From: an uncultured Desulfobacula sp.
GTDB lineage: Bacteria > Desulfobacterota > Desulfobacteria > Desulfobacterales > Desulfobacteraceae
NCBI GenBank assembly: GCA_964446145.1
Contig: CAYUOB010000001.1
Span: 16,387-80,386 of the forward strand
Length of the DNA: 64,000 nucleotides
Reading direction: 5' to 3'
A model generated the notes under the pieces. That model made no database searches and had not been told where the DNA came from. It worked only from the letters and a program-made list of their open reading frames with translations. A program made the position numbers and the translations under genes. Shown one piece after another: positions 45,585-56,458 of the stretch (position 1 is the first letter of the stretch; every line of letters begins with the position of its first letter).

Positions 45585-47303
45585 ATGTTTAACCGTTTCA
45601 CCATCAAAGGAAGAATGTATCTGATCATTGCTTCAATCCTGGTTCTTTTTCTGGTAATGGCCTGGGCGGCCAGAACCAGCAGCAGCAGAGCCAGGGATAT
45701 GGCCATTGAAAAAACAGGCCAGGCCCTTCTGGATGCCCAGAAACAGAAAATCAAGGTTGCCGCCCACTCAGTGGGAGCTGCCATTGCAAATATGATCAAG
45801 GATGTCTCAGATGAACAGGAAAAAATCAGGATCATACGCCGGGAGATTGCCGGAATCAGGTTTGAAAAGGACCGTTCAGGATATTTTTTCGTGAACAGAG
45901 GAACAATAATGATTGCCCACATAAAAACTCAACTTCAGGGAAAGGATATGGCAGGTTTCAAGGATAAAAACGGGGTTTACCTTATCAGGGAGCTTGCAGA
46001 AAAAGCTTCTGCCGGCGGAGGGTTTGTCTCATATATATGGGACAAACCAGGCGTTGGAGACACTCCAAAACTGAGTTATGCTGAAATGATTCCGGGAACT
46101 GATTTCTGGATAGGAACAGGTGTTTATATTGATAATATTCAGGCGACCAAGGCATCCATTGCCCATGATATAAATGTGAAAGTAAGATCTTATATAATGA
46201 ACATGATGATGGTTTCAGGAGTCATTTTTATTGGAATCGTAGCTCTTTGTCTTGTTATTGTGTTTGGAATAGCCTCCTCTCTCAACCGCATGATTGTGAA
46301 TTTTGAGGACGTGGCAAAGGGAGAAGGCGATCTGACCAAACGGATCAATATTGCCTCAAAGGATGAGCTTGCAACACTTGCAGGCCTGTTTAACATGTTC
46401 ATGGAAAAGCTTCAGAAAATTATCCAGCATCTGGCCCGGAATTTAGGAGATGTTGACAATTCTTCCACTGAGCTTGTGAAAGTTGCGGCTGATGTGGCAA
46501 AAAATGCAGACAATACTGCGGATATGGCAGGAAATGTTGCAAGCGCTTCCGAAGAAATGACTTCCAAACTTGGTTCTGTTACTGCTGCCATGGAGGAATC
46601 ATCCACCAATGCAGCAATGATCGCTTCTGCGGCAGAAGAGATGAACGCCACCATAAGTGAGATTTCTAAAAATGCTGAAAAGGCAAGAGTTATTTCAGGT
46701 GAAGCAGCACAGAAAACCTCTGAAGCTGAAGATACAATGGCAATTCTGGATAAGGCTGCACAGTCAATAGGCAGGGTCACCGATACCATTGCTGAAATTT
46801 CCGACCAGACCAATCTTCTTGCGCTCAATGCCACGATTGAAGCTGCAAGGGCAGGGGATGCCGGCAAAGGGTTCGCTGTTGTGGCAAATGAGATTAAAGA
46901 GCTTGCAAATCAGACTGTTGCAGCAACACAGGATATAAGGGAACAGATTGACAATGTTCAGAATAATACCCAGGCAACTGTAAATTCCATCAAGGAAGTG
47001 TCTGAGGTTATAATGAATGTCAATGAGATTGTCACTACCATAGCAGCGGCAGTAACTGAGCAGTCTGCCGCAACCCAGGAAATTGTTTCAAATATTTCAG
47101 GGCTTTCCATGGGGATCCAGGAAGCAAGTGAGAATGTGAACCAGGGCTCACAGGTGGCTGTTCATATTGCAGAAGACATAGGAAATGTAAATTCTGCAGC
47201 ATATGAAATGAAACACAGCAGTGATCTTGTCAAGCAGAGTGCAGACAAGCTCAATATAATGGCAGATGAGATGAAAAAGATTGTTCATACATTCAAGGTA
47301 TGA
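45585..47303 (+). CDS. Methyl-accepting chemotaxis protein with Cache sensor domain
   Basis: TM-Cache (GYFF, DKNG, GGGFVSY.W.KP)-TM-HAMP, then [30 protein letters not shown]. Start follows GGAGG. Confidence 0.93.
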   Translation: MFNRFTIKGRMYLIIASILVLFLVMAWAARTSSSRARDMAIEKTGQALLDAQKQKIKVAAHSVGAAIANMIKDVSDEQEKIRIIRREIAGIRFEKDRSGYFFVNRGTIMIAHIKTQLQGKDMAGFKDKNGVYLIRELAEKASAGGGFVSYIWDKPGVGDTPKLSYAEMIPGTDFWIGTGVYIDNIQATKASIAHDINVKVRSYIMNMMMVSGVIFIGIVALCLVIVFGIASSLNRMIVNFEDVAKGEGDLTKRINIASKDELATLAGLFNMFMEKLQKIIQHLARNLGDVDNSSTELVKVAADVAKNADNTADMAGNVASASEEMTSKLGSVTAAMEESSTNAAMIASAAEEMNATISEISKNAEKARVISGEAAQKTSEAEDTMAILDKAAQSIGRVTDTIAEISDQTNLLALNATIEAARAGDAGKGFAVVANEIKELANQTVAATQDIREQIDNVQNNTQATVNSIKEVSEVIMNVNEIVTTIAAAVTEQSAATQEIVSNISGLSMGIQEASENVNQGSQVAVHIAEDIGNVNSAAYEMKHSSDLVKQSADKLNIMADEMKKIVHTFKV

Positions 47304-47411
47304 TTAATATACCAAGCAGCTTTTGTCTTGTCATATTTCAGCACAAATGTTAAGTGTCATAACAATTTGCAATTGCGGGACATACCATATACAGAAAAAG
47401 ATGTTGTTAAA

Positions 47412-48029
47412 GTGACGGCAAAAAAATTTTTAAATCTGAAAAAAAAGGAAAAAAATGCAAAAAAGCAGTTTGTTGTCAAAGCTGCCCTTAAACTTTTTGC
47501 TGAAAAACCTTTTTATGAGGTAAGTATAAGACAGGTTGCCAGGGAAGCTGGAATTTCACCTGCCACCATTTACAGATATTTTCCAAGTCAGGAAGAATTG
47601 TTCCATGAGGCTTTTGTCCAGGAGATTGCAAGTGCCACAAGGGAATTTTGTTCAATGGTACAAAAAGAGGATCCTGCGTCAATTGAGGAATTTGCGGTCA
47701 GATTTGTGGATCATCTCATGGAAAATGAATCTGCCTTCCAGATGATGACCTGCCTTATGCTGAAGGACGGGCTTGCAAATCAGGTTGCAGGCAGGTTTGA
47801 TTCGGCAACAAGAATTTTTTTCGACCTTTTTGAACAGCTTCTTGTGAGGCATGGCGCCAGAAAAGACACGGCAAGGCTTTATTCGCAATCTTTCATAGGC
47901 TCTCTTGCTGGTATACTGATGACTTTCCGCAATTATCCTCTGAAAAATAAAAAAGCCATCAGAAATCATATTATAAAAATAGTCAGGGCCACATCAAAAT
48001 TATACTCTGACCAGCTGACCATCAGGTGA
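47412..48029 (+). CDS. TetR/AcrR family regulator
   Basis: AALKLF...SIRQVAREAGIS.ATIYRYF. The GTG start is approximate. Confidence 0.85.
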   Translation: MTAKKFLNLKKKEKNAKKQFVVKAALKLFAEKPFYEVSIRQVAREAGISPATIYRYFPSQEELFHEAFVQEIASATREFCSMVQKEDPASIEEFAVRFVDHLMENESAFQMMTCLMLKDGLANQVAGRFDSATRIFFDLFEQLLVRHGARKDTARLYSQSFIGSLAGILMTFRNYPLKNKKAIRNHIIKIVRATSKLYSDQLTIR

Positions 48030-48050
48030 TGGCAGTTCAATGCTTGATTA

Positions 48051-50303
48051 TTATGAGCATTTCTGGTTAAGCCGGAATGATTCATTGAAAATATCCAGCA
48101 GCTTGACATTCTGTTTTGCCATCATCACACAGTTTCCGCTTATGGCGTAAAACAGAATGCTCAGGCGCGTCTTGGAGGAATCATTACGGATTCTTTCAAT
48201 CTGGTTTTCATTATAATCATCCACAAGTTCCCTTAGATAATGGAATTGCTCCACTGCATCCTGGCAGTCAATAATCTCCTTGTTGCGGAAGGCTGTTTCA
48301 ACCAGCAGAAAAATGTTCAGAAAGATTTTTTTGATTTGCTTAAGTTCCTCCATCTGCTCTTTTAAAAGCCCTTTGTGACGGTTTCCAACATGCATTGCTG
48401 CCCTGATCACAATATCCCTGTGACCGTCAGTGAGTTTCTGCAGTCTTCTTATGATCTGATAATAATTGTACGAGACCTGGTTGTCTTCTTTGGACAGAAG
48501 TCTGAGCACCTTGAAGATATTGGCTATAATTATGTTGGTGCTGTTCTGGAAATGCCTTGTCTGCATCCTTTCATGCCTTAGTCTGTCAAGATCCTCTTCA
48601 AATAATGCATCAAACACTGTATCAAGTGAATTTCTGATTCCCATGAGCAGGAAAGCCAGGTGGTCAAAGGTTTGTGAGACGGAGTCATGAAAATCCTTTA
48701 CTTCGTGAAGATTATATATTGTCATTTCTTCTTTGTTTTTTTCATGTTCCTTGTGGGTTCTGTGATTTTTTAAAATCATATATGCGGCAAGTGCTGCCAG
48801 AAGGAAAAAACCCGGGACTTTCAGGTAAGCCAGAATATTTGCAAAGGCAAAGGAAACAATAAAGGCGATCAGGGCTGTCATGAACCAGCCGCCGATTACT
48901 GTCAATACTCCTGTAACCCTGTATACTGCGCTTTCGCGTCCCCATGCCTGGTCTGAAAAACTTGTTCCCATCGCCACCATAAAGGTTACATAAGTGGTTG
49001 ACAGCGGCAGTTTCATGGATGTGGCAAATGAAACAACCGCACTTGCCACCATGAGGTTTACAGAGGCTCTGACAAGGTCAAAGCAAGGTTTATCACCGGA
49101 AACTGCTGTGGTTTCCTTTGCAGGGGTAAGGCGGTTTGAAACAGCCTGCTTTAAAGCCTTTGGCATTGCTGAACCTATTGTGTCAAAAAGAAAATCAAAC
49201 AGGCTCACTATTCGTCTTGACAGCCATATGGATTCAAATTTTTCTGTTCCTTCATCCTGTTGACCCAGACGGATTTCAGTTTCAGTGACTGATTTTGCTT
49301 TTTTTGATACACAGAGGGTTATGACCATGACAAGCCCTGCCATCAGCATGATATAAGTCTGGGATTGAACCTTGTGGCCAAGTGCTGTCATTGCAACATG
49401 GAGAGGATCTGAAGATGCAATGGCATTCTGAAATGCTGTAAGGCCTGCAAGGGGCACTCCTATGAAATTTACAAGATCGTTTGCGGCAAATGCCATTGCA
49501 AGGGCAAATGTGCCTATCAGCACAATGGGTTTTAAAATATTAATCCTGAAAAAAGATATGAGAATCTGGAAAATTGCAGATGATATAATAAAAAGACCTG
49601 CCATTATGGTAAGGGAATTTGTTTTTATCCAGTTCACTGATTCAGCAGACATGAAAGTAGTGCCTTTTGCACCTTTTACCAGGATAAAGAATGTAATGGC
49701 GGTCATGGCCACCCCGCCCCATAATGCCCCGTATTTTTTAAGCCTGTCATCATAGTCAAAGGTGAAAATCATTCTTGAAATGAACTGGGCCACAGCACCA
49801 GAAAAAAATGCAACCACAATGGATAAAAGGATCCCGCCCACAATGGTGATGGCCTTTGCAGTGTTTATATAATCCCACAATGCAAGTGAGTTGCTGCCGG
49901 ATGCTGAAGTAATCTTGATTACTGAAATGGCTACGGCAGCTCCAAGAAGTTCAAAAACGATTGATACTGTTGTTGAGGTCGGAAGCCCGTGGGTGTTGAA
50001 AAGATCAAGAAGCAGGATATCGGTTATCATTACTGCAAGGAAAATTGTCAGAAGCTCAGGCATTGTAAAAAGCCCGGGATGGAAAATTCCTTTTCTTGCA
50101 ACCTCCATCATTCCGCCTGAGAATGTTACCCCTGCAAGAATTCCAAGGCTTGCAACAATCATTATGACTGAAAACGGAGCAGCTTTGGAACCAATGGATG
50201 AATTCAAAAAATTAACAGCATCATTGCTGACACCCACAACAAGATCAAATACGGCAAACATAAGCAGCATGCCGACAATTATATAACACAGCTGAAGACT
50301 CAT
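48051..50303 (-). CDS. Inorganic phosphate transporter (PiT family) with C-terminal PhoU-like helical domain
   Basis: GVSNDAVN, GLPTSTT, AANDLVN and LPLSTT repeats, plus a soluble helical C-terminus. Confidence 0.88.
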   Translation of the reverse strand: MSLQLCYIIVGMLLMFAVFDLVVGVSNDAVNFLNSSIGSKAAPFSVIMIVASLGILAGVTFSGGMMEVARKGIFHPGLFTMPELLTIFLAVMITDILLLDLFNTHGLPTSTTVSIVFELLGAAVAISVIKITSASGSNSLALWDYINTAKAITIVGGILLSIVVAFFSGAVAQFISRMIFTFDYDDRLKKYGALWGGVAMTAITFFILVKGAKGTTFMSAESVNWIKTNSLTIMAGLFIISSAIFQILISFFRINILKPIVLIGTFALAMAFAANDLVNFIGVPLAGLTAFQNAIASSDPLHVAMTALGHKVQSQTYIMLMAGLVMVITLCVSKKAKSVTETEIRLGQQDEGTEKFESIWLSRRIVSLFDFLFDTIGSAMPKALKQAVSNRLTPAKETTAVSGDKPCFDLVRASVNLMVASAVVSFATSMKLPLSTTYVTFMVAMGTSFSDQAWGRESAVYRVTGVLTVIGGWFMTALIAFIVSFAFANILAYLKVPGFFLLAALAAYMILKNHRTHKEHEKNKEEMTIYNLHEVKDFHDSVSQTFDHLAFLLMGIRNSLDTVFDALFEEDLDRLRHERMQTRHFQNSTNIIIANIFKVLRLLSKEDNQVSYNYYQIIRRLQKLTDGHRDIVIRAAMHVGNRHKGLLKEQMEELKQIKKIFLNIFLLVETAFRNKEIIDCQDAVEQFHYLRELVDDYNENQIERIRNDSSKTRLSILFYAISGNCVMMAKQNVKLLDIFNESFRLNQKCS

Positions 50304-50374
50304 GATTTTCTCTCTTTTTATTTTTGAGGCTGTATTTAGCTTTTATCCATTTATTTTTCAAGTAAACCGGATGG

Positions 50375-50393
50375 TTCTAACACAATTCTAACA
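50375..50393. promoter_or_regulatory. Pho-box-like 11-bp-period direct repeat upstream of the PiT gene
   Basis: TTCTAACA-caa-TTCTAACA. Confidence 0.5.
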
Positions 50394-50396
50394 ATG

Positions 50397-51251
50397 TCAG
50401 GATAATCTTAGGATCATTTCATATATTTTTTTTCTAGGCAGGTTGAATTGTTCTGAAAGTTGCCTTGCAAGCCTTGATGTGCCGGGGGTTGCCTGGGATT
50501 TTATATGTTCAATTATTATTTTTTCCAGTTCTTTCTCATCAGGCCTGGATTTTTTGTCCTTTATGCATCCCTGGACAAACAGGGAGCACTCCCCCTTGAT
50601 ATTTTTTCTTGCTTTCAGGTCAGCCAGTATATCTTCCAAGCCTGCACGTATGTATTCTTCATGAAGTTTGGTTATTTCCCTTGCAAGGCAGGCTTTCCTG
50701 TTTCCCAGAATCCTGACCATTGTGTTGACAAGATTTTTGATTCTGTGTGGAGATTCATAGCATATCAGGGTTCGGGGTTCTGATTTAAGATCTTCAAGGG
50801 CCTGCATGAGTTTTTGTTGTTTTCTGGGCAGAAATCCAAGAAAAATAAATGAATCAGTGGCAAGCCCTGACACGCTTAGCCCTGCTATTGCAGCGTTACA
50901 GCCCGGAACAGGAATGATGCTGATTTTGCTTTGAACAGCAGCTGCAACCAGTCTGTATCCGGGATCAGAAATCGTTGGGGTGCCTGCATCGCTGATCAGG
51001 GCAATATCCAGCCCCTGTTCAAGCTTTGATATGAACCATGAAATCTTGTTCTTTTCATTATGCTCATGGCATGAGACAACCCTGGTTTCTATATTGTAGC
51101 GGGAAAGCAGCCTGCCTGAATGGCGGGTATCTTCAGCAGCAATGAGATCAACATGTTTAAGGATGTTTACAGCCCTGAAACTTATGTCTTCAAGGTTTCC
51201 CAGCGGGGTCGCAACCACATAAAGGGTTCCTGGTAATGTCCGGGCATTCAT
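50397..51251 (-). CDS. rsmI: 16S rRNA C1402 2'-O-methyltransferase
   Basis: LYVVATPLGNLEDIS.RA, AEDTR, SDAGTP.ISDPG, YESPHR and REITKLHEE. Confidence 0.93.
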   Translation of the reverse strand: MNARTLPGTLYVVATPLGNLEDISFRAVNILKHVDLIAAEDTRHSGRLLSRYNIETRVVSCHEHNEKNKISWFISKLEQGLDIALISDAGTPTISDPGYRLVAAAVQSKISIIPVPGCNAAIAGLSVSGLATDSFIFLGFLPRKQQKLMQALEDLKSEPRTLICYESPHRIKNLVNTMVRILGNRKACLAREITKLHEEYIRAGLEDILADLKARKNIKGECSLFVQGCIKDKKSRPDEKELEKIIIEHIKSQATPGTSRLARQLSEQFNLPRKKIYEMILRLS

Positions 51252-51255
51252 TGTT

Positions 51256-51627
51256 TTATCCAGGCTGGAATGCATTTTTTATAAGGTTGAAATCAAAACC
51301 TGAATTTCCGGTGTAAAATACCTCAACCACATCAAACCTGATTCTTGAATCACCAAGTTTTCTGTTTTTGATATAAAACAGGGCTCCCTGAACAATTTTT
51401 TTTTGCTTTTTCAGGTTTACAGATTCACGCGGCAGACCTTTTTTGAGACTGCGCCTTGTTTTGACTTCAATAAAGCAGACAAAATCCTGATCTTCTGCAA
51501 TTATATCAATCTGTGCCTGTTTTGTCCTGAAATCTGTTTCAATAATTTTAAATCCGCAGCTTTCAAGGTATTGAACGGCTGCAGCTTCACCTGCTGTACC
51601 CAGTTGTATGTTGTCATTGGCGGGCAT
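51256..51627 (-). CDS. YraN family (UPF0102) protein
   Basis: G..GE..A..YL, IDIIA, F.EVKTR and RFDVV. Start revised to 51627. Confidence 0.85.
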   Translation of the reverse strand: MPANDNIQLGTAGEAAAVQYLESCGFKIIETDFRTKQAQIDIIAEDQDFVCFIEVKTRRSLKKGLPRESVNLKKQKKIVQGALFYIKNRKLGDSRIRFDVVEVFYTGNSGFDFNLIKNAFQPG

Positions 51628-52237
51628 TGGTAAACTCTTTAACACCTTTGAATGTAAACCTGTGGACAGGGCAGGGGCCATGGTCGCAGATTGCCTGTTT
51701 GTGGGCGCGGGTGGGATATCCCTTATGCCGGATAAAACCATAGGCAGGGTATGTTCTGTGTAGGTCTTCCATGATGGCATCCCTTGTCACCTTTGCAATT
51801 ATGGAGGCTGCTGCAATGGAAATGCTTTTTGAATCCCCTTTGACAATTGCTTTCTGTTTGATTTCCATGTCAATTGTAAATTTTCCGTCAATGAGAAGGA
51901 AATCAGGAAAAGATTTTTTTTTATCTGATACAAGTTTTTCAACAGCGCGTTTCATTGAAAGCAAAGATGCATTGAGAATATTGATTCTGTCAATTTCTTC
52001 AGGAGATGCAATTCCTATCCCTATACCCAGGGCATTGTCCCTGATTATAGGAAAAATTTTGTTGCGCTGGTTTGCAGTCAGTTTTTTGGAATCATTAATG
52101 CCTTTGCATGAAAAATCGTGGGGCAGTATAACAGCAGCAGATACAACAGGGCCGGCAAGTGGTCCCCTGCCGGCCTCGTCAATACCTGCTATTCTTGTAT
52201 ATCCCTGTGCTTTTGCGCTTTGTTCAAAGCTCCACAT
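51614..52237 (-). CDS. rnhB: Ribonuclease HII
   Basis: GIDEAGRGPLAGPV, DSKKL, KGD and SIAAASIIAKVTRD. Confidence 0.95.
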   Translation of the reverse strand: MWSFEQSAKAQGYTRIAGIDEAGRGPLAGPVVSAAVILPHDFSCKGINDSKKLTANQRNKIFPIIRDNALGIGIGIASPEEIDRINILNASLLSMKRAVEKLVSDKKKSFPDFLLIDGKFTIDMEIKQKAIVKGDSKSISIAAASIIAKVTRDAIMEDLHRTYPAYGFIRHKGYPTRAHKQAICDHGPCPVHRFTFKGVKEFTNARQ

Positions 52238-52243
52238 TATTTA

Positions 52244-52594
52244 TTAGGCAAAACGTTTTTCTTTGATTCTTGCAGCCTTGCCGCGCAGGTTTCTGAGATA
52301 ATACAGTTTGGATCTTCTGACCCGGCCCCTTGTTACAACTTCAATTTTGTCAATGATGGGTGAATAAAGCGGGAAAATTCTTTCAACCCCGATACCGCCT
52401 GAAATTTTTCTGACTGTAAACCTTGCGCTGGAAAATCCCTTTGTCTTTTTGATTACAACACCCTGAAAAATCTGAATACGCTGTTTTTCTCCTTCCCTGA
52501 TTTTTACATGAACCTTGATGGTATCTCCGGGTGAAAACTCAGGTATGTCAAGACGCAGTTGCTCTTTTTCCAGTTTTTCGATTAAATTGGCCAT
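52244..52594 (-). CDS. rplS: 50S ribosomal protein L19
   Basis: PGDT..V, FTVRK, GVERIFP and [12 protein letters not shown]. Confidence 0.97.
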   Translation of the reverse strand: MANLIEKLEKEQLRLDIPEFSPGDTIKVHVKIREGEKQRIQIFQGVVIKKTKGFSSARFTVRKISGGIGVERIFPLYSPIIDKIEVVTRGRVRRSKLYYLRNLRGKAARIKEKRFA

Positions 52595-52640
52595 TTGTTG
52601 TGTTCCTCCTAAAATCCTTGTCTTTCCGGCAGAGAAATGA

Positions 52641-53213
52641 TTATCTGCCGTTGATAATCCTGTCCAAATATATTGATACAGCAGACCTGACAGAAAGATG
52701 ATTGTATCCGGTATTGCCTGAAATAGGCTCCAGAATGAAATTACAATTATTCATAATCTCCTCTGCCAGTCCCCATGCCGTTCCAAAAACAAGGACATGG
52801 GATGCTCTGTCATCAAAATTGTTTTTTAATTGCCTGATACTGATGGAAGCCGCATGTTTTTTTGCGCTTGTGCCAATGGTCACAACCGGTTTTCCTGTCT
52901 GTTCTTTCATCAGTTCTATTGTGCTGTCAAAATTTTCACTTACCTGTATAAGCTCAAGAGCTTTTTTTCTTGACGGGTTTAATTTACCGCCCACTCCCTT
53001 TGTCCAGTGGTCAATCACCTGAGCTGCCAGAGCAGCCTGATCTTCATATGGGGTTACAACAAAGAAACCCTTCACTCCGAAGGTCATTGATGCCCTTGCA
53101 ATGTCATGCATATCTATTGTGGTCAGGGCAGAACCAATGGGCTGACCTTTTCTGTTCATTACCGGAAAGTGGATCAATGCCACATAAATATCAGGAAGCG
53201 GCAAGGTTCTCAA
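52641..53213 (-). CDS. SPOUT-family RNA methyltransferase (trmD-associated)
   Basis: ALIHFPV, D.HDIAR, FGTAWGL and YNHLSVRSA. Confidence 0.8.
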   Translation of the reverse strand: MRTLPLPDIYVALIHFPVMNRKGQPIGSALTTIDMHDIARASMTFGVKGFFVVTPYEDQAALAAQVIDHWTKGVGGKLNPSRKKALELIQVSENFDSTIELMKEQTGKPVVTIGTSAKKHAASISIRQLKNNFDDRASHVLVFGTAWGLAEEIMNNCNFILEPISGNTGYNHLSVRSAVSIYLDRIINGR

Positions 53214-53943
53214 GCTCCCTGCACCATTGTCTTACCATGTTTTTCTCTTCATCATCCAGCCCGGTTCTGTGCAGAAGATCAGGGCGTTTCAGGAAGGTTC
53301 TTTTTAAAGAAGATTCCTTGCGCCATAATCTTATTTTTTCATGGTTGCCTGAAGTCAACACCCCGGGAACCGTGTTTCCGTCAAAAATTTCAGGTCTTGT
53401 GTATTGGGCGTATTCAAGCCTGTCTCCGGTGAATGAATCAGCAGCAGCAGACTGTGCACTTCCAAGCACACCCGGAATGAGCCTTGCCGTTGAATCAATT
53501 ATGACCATGGCTGCCAGTTCTCCTCCCGTCATCACATAATCACCAATTGACATTTCTTCGTCCACAAGTTCGGTGTACACCCGTTCATCAATTCCTTCAT
53601 ATCTGCCGCAGATGAAAATGATCCCTGTGCCTGTGCCGGCAAGCTCAGCAGCCTTTGCCTGGGTGAATTTTTCTCCCTGGGGGCTCATCATTGCAACCAT
53701 GGCGCCGGAGTTGTGTTTTTTTGCATCCTGTACAGCAGCCTTGAGCGGGCCCGGCATCATTACCATTCCGCTCCCACCGCCGTATGGCCTGTCATCAACA
53801 CTGTTGTGACGGTCAGTTGAAAACTGTCTGATATCAGTTGCCCTGCCCGATATAAGACCTCTGTCAATGGCTCTTGCCACCATGCCGTGCCTGAAAAAGG
53901 CATTCACCAGTTCAGGGAACAATGTCAATACGGTAAAATCCAT
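53191..53943 (-). CDS. trmD: tRNA (guanine37-N1)-methyltransferase
   Basis: TLFPE, VDDRPYGGG.GM, CGRYEGIDER, SIGDYV.TGGE and YTRP. Confidence 0.96.
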   Translation of the reverse strand: MDFTVLTLFPELVNAFFRHGMVARAIDRGLISGRATDIRQFSTDRHNSVDDRPYGGGSGMVMMPGPLKAAVQDAKKHNSGAMVAMMSPQGEKFTQAKAAELAGTGTGIIFICGRYEGIDERVYTELVDEEMSIGDYVMTGGELAAMVIIDSTARLIPGVLGSAQSAAADSFTGDRLEYAQYTRPEIFDGNTVPGVLTSGNHEKIRLWRKESSLKRTFLKRPDLLHRTGLDDEEKNMVRQWCRELENLAAS

Positions 53944-54452
53944 TAATAATCCTCAGGCAGGTCTGTTTTCATTGTATTCTTTTCAAGATCAACTGATTCA
54001 ACAAAGTTTCTATGCATGGGTACAAGTGTTTCTCCCTTGTCACCTGTTACAACCAGCACATCATTGGCACCGGTGGGGAAAATATTGGTTATTCTGCCTA
54101 TACAGCCCCTTTGCCGGTCAATTACATCAAGCCCGATGAGATCCTGCCAGTACCATGTGTCTTCCTCCGGTTCCGGAAGCTGATCCCTTTCCATGATAAT
54201 ATCGCTGCCCACAAGGTCCTGAGCTGCCTGTCTTGTGCCCACTCCTTCAAGTAAAAGCAGAACTCCCTTTTTATGGGCAGAAGCCCTGACAATTTTGTAT
54301 GTCCGGCCCGGGTTGTCTTCTGTTTTTAAAAGAACTGTTTTTCCGGAGCAGAAAGTCTCAGCCGATTCAGCAAAAGACCAGACCTTGAGTTTTCCGTCAA
54401 GGCCGTGTACTCCGGTTACCTTTCCAATGGTAAACGAAGCTGCCCTGGTCAT
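53943..54452 (-). CDS. rimM: Ribosome maturation factor RimM
   Basis: IGKV...HGL.G, YW.DLIGL and GANDV, plus conserved synteny. Confidence 0.92.
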   Translation of the reverse strand: MTRAASFTIGKVTGVHGLDGKLKVWSFAESAETFCSGKTVLLKTEDNPGRTYKIVRASAHKKGVLLLLEGVGTRQAAQDLVGSDIIMERDQLPEPEEDTWYWQDLIGLDVIDRQRGCIGRITNIFPTGANDVLVVTGDKGETLVPMHRNFVESVDLEKNTMKTDLPEDY

Positions 54453-54455
54453 AAT

Positions 54456-54686
54456 TTACTCAATGATTTCAAGCACGGTACGTTTTTTGATCTTTGTTGA
54501 TGCCGCACTTAAAATTGTTCTCATGGCCCGTGCAGATCTTCCCTGTTTGCCTATCACTTTTCCCAGATCCTCTTTTGCCACCTTAAGCTCCAGAACAGAA
54601 GTCTGGTCACCGGTCACTTCTGATACCTGAACCTGATCAGGATTATCTACCAGGGCTTTTGCAATGTATTCTATCAGCTCTTTCAT
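54456..54686 (-). CDS. khpA: KH-domain RNA-binding protein
   Basis: LVDNPD and [11 protein letters not shown]. Confidence 0.92.
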   Translation of the reverse strand: MKELIEYIAKALVDNPDQVQVSEVTGDQTSVLELKVAKEDLGKVIGKQGRSARAMRTILSAASTKIKKRTVLEIIE

Positions 54687-54779
54687 AATTGGATCTCCTT
54701 TTTAATTGGTGGTGAGAATACTTTTTTAAAGTGAATGCATCTTATAACATGCATGTCAGTCAGCAAACATTACCGGCAT

Positions 54780-55022
54780 TTAACAGATATTGTGCTTTTT
54801 CAAAATACTCTGGACAGTGGTGGTGGGTTTTGCTCCTTCACCAAGCCAGTATTTGACCCTGTCTTCCTTCAGGGTGACAGCTGCAGGGTCAACCATGGGG
54901 TTATAGGTCCCGAGCAGTTCCAGAAATCTTCCGTCCCTCGGACTTTCCACATCTGCAGCCACAATTCTGTAAAAGGGTTTTTTCTTTGTTCCTTTCCGGG
55001 TTAATCTGATTTTTACGGCCAT
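54780..55022 (-). CDS. rpsP: 30S ribosomal protein S16
   Basis: [17 protein letters not shown]...PRDG. Confidence 0.97.
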   Translation of the reverse strand: MAVKIRLTRKGTKKKPFYRIVAADVESPRDGRFLELLGTYNPMVDPAAVTLKEDRVKYWLGEGAKPTTTVQSILKKHNIC

Positions 55023-55038
55023 ATTCTTTTTTCTCTCC

Positions 55039-56364
55039 TTAAAATGGCAGCATATTTTTTAGTGATTTCATGCCGCCTTTATTAAATTTTTTGATCATCT
55101 TCATGGATTGGGAATAGCTTTTGAGAAGCTTGTTGACTTCCTGTACGCTTGTTCCGCTTCCCTTTGCTATTCTTTTTTTCCGTGATCCCTTAATAATCGT
55201 GTAAGAACGTCTTTCTTCCGGTGTCATGGAATTGATAATGGCTTCAATTCTGACAAATTCCCTGTCACTGATATTCAGCCCCTTGAGCTGTTTTTTGTTA
55301 ATTCCTGGCAGCATTCCCAAGATATCCTTGATGGATCCCATTTTTCTTACAGAATGCATCTGGTTTTTGAAATCTTCCAGTGTGAAACTGTTTTTTCTCA
55401 GCTTTTTTTCAAGTTTTTTTGCTTCTTCCTGATCAATGGCTTCCTGGGCCTTTTCAATGAATGAGAGTGTATCCCCCATTCCCAGAATTCTGGATGCCAT
55501 CCTGTCCGGATGAAACGGTTCCAGTGCAGTTGATTTTTCTCCGACACCAATGAATTTCAAGGGCTTGCCTGTGACAGCCTTTATGGATAATGCAGCTCCG
55601 CCCCTGGCATCACCATCCATTTTGGTCAGCACAATCCCGTCAATATCAACGGCTTTATCAAATGCACCTGCAATGTTTACAGCATCCTGTCCTGTCATGG
55701 CATCTGCCACCAGAAGAATTTCAGATGGATTTATGCTTTTTTTTATATTCTTCAGTTCATCCATCAGCTTCTCATCAAGATGCAGCCTGCCTGCTGTATC
55801 CAGCAGCAGGGTATCACACCCCTGGTGTCTTGCTGCAAGCAGGGCATCCTGGCAGATCTGAACCGGATCCATATCTGTTGTGGAATCGAATACAGGGATA
55901 TCAAGCTGCCTGCCGATTTTTTTGAGCTGGTCAATCGCAGCCGGCCTGTAAACATCAACTGGAACCAGAAATGGTTTTCTGCCCTTTTTGCGCAGATAAA
56001 GGCCAAGTTTGCCTGCTGTGGTCGTTTTTCCTGACCCCTGCAGCCCCACCAGCATGATGCTTGCCATTGCCCTGCCGTCAAGATTCAGATCCTGACGGGA
56101 AGAACCCATCATTTTTGTGAATTCTTCATTCACAATCTTGATGACCTGCTGGCCGGGAGTAAGACTGTGCATTACTTCCTGGCCAAGGGCTCTTTTTTTA
56201 ATGTCTGAAATGACAGATTTTGCAACCCTGTAGTTTACATCAGCTTCAAGAAGCGCCATCCTGACCTGCTTAAGCCCATCCTCGATGTTCTTTTCATTCA
56301 GGGTGCCGCGGCCTTTAAGCTTCTTAAAAACCGAATCAAGCCTGTCACTTAAATTTTCAAACAT
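55039..56364 (-). CDS. ffh: Signal recognition particle protein
   Basis: [36 protein letters not shown] and an M-domain. Confidence 0.97.
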   Translation of the reverse strand: MFENLSDRLDSVFKKLKGRGTLNEKNIEDGLKQVRMALLEADVNYRVAKSVISDIKKRALGQEVMHSLTPGQQVIKIVNEEFTKMMGSSRQDLNLDGRAMASIMLVGLQGSGKTTTAGKLGLYLRKKGRKPFLVPVDVYRPAAIDQLKKIGRQLDIPVFDSTTDMDPVQICQDALLAARHQGCDTLLLDTAGRLHLDEKLMDELKNIKKSINPSEILLVADAMTGQDAVNIAGAFDKAVDIDGIVLTKMDGDARGGAALSIKAVTGKPLKFIGVGEKSTALEPFHPDRMASRILGMGDTLSFIEKAQEAIDQEEAKKLEKKLRKNSFTLEDFKNQMHSVRKMGSIKDILGMLPGINKKQLKGLNISDREFVRIEAIINSMTPEERRSYTIIKGSRKKRIAKGSGTSVQEVNKLLKSYSQSMKMIKKFNKGGMKSLKNMLPF

Positions 56365-56458
56365 AAAAACAACCTCAAAATATCAAATCAAATCATTGAA
56401 ATTAGTATAGATTGTATGATATGTCAAGAAAATTATAAATTTCAGGTAACAAAATCAC

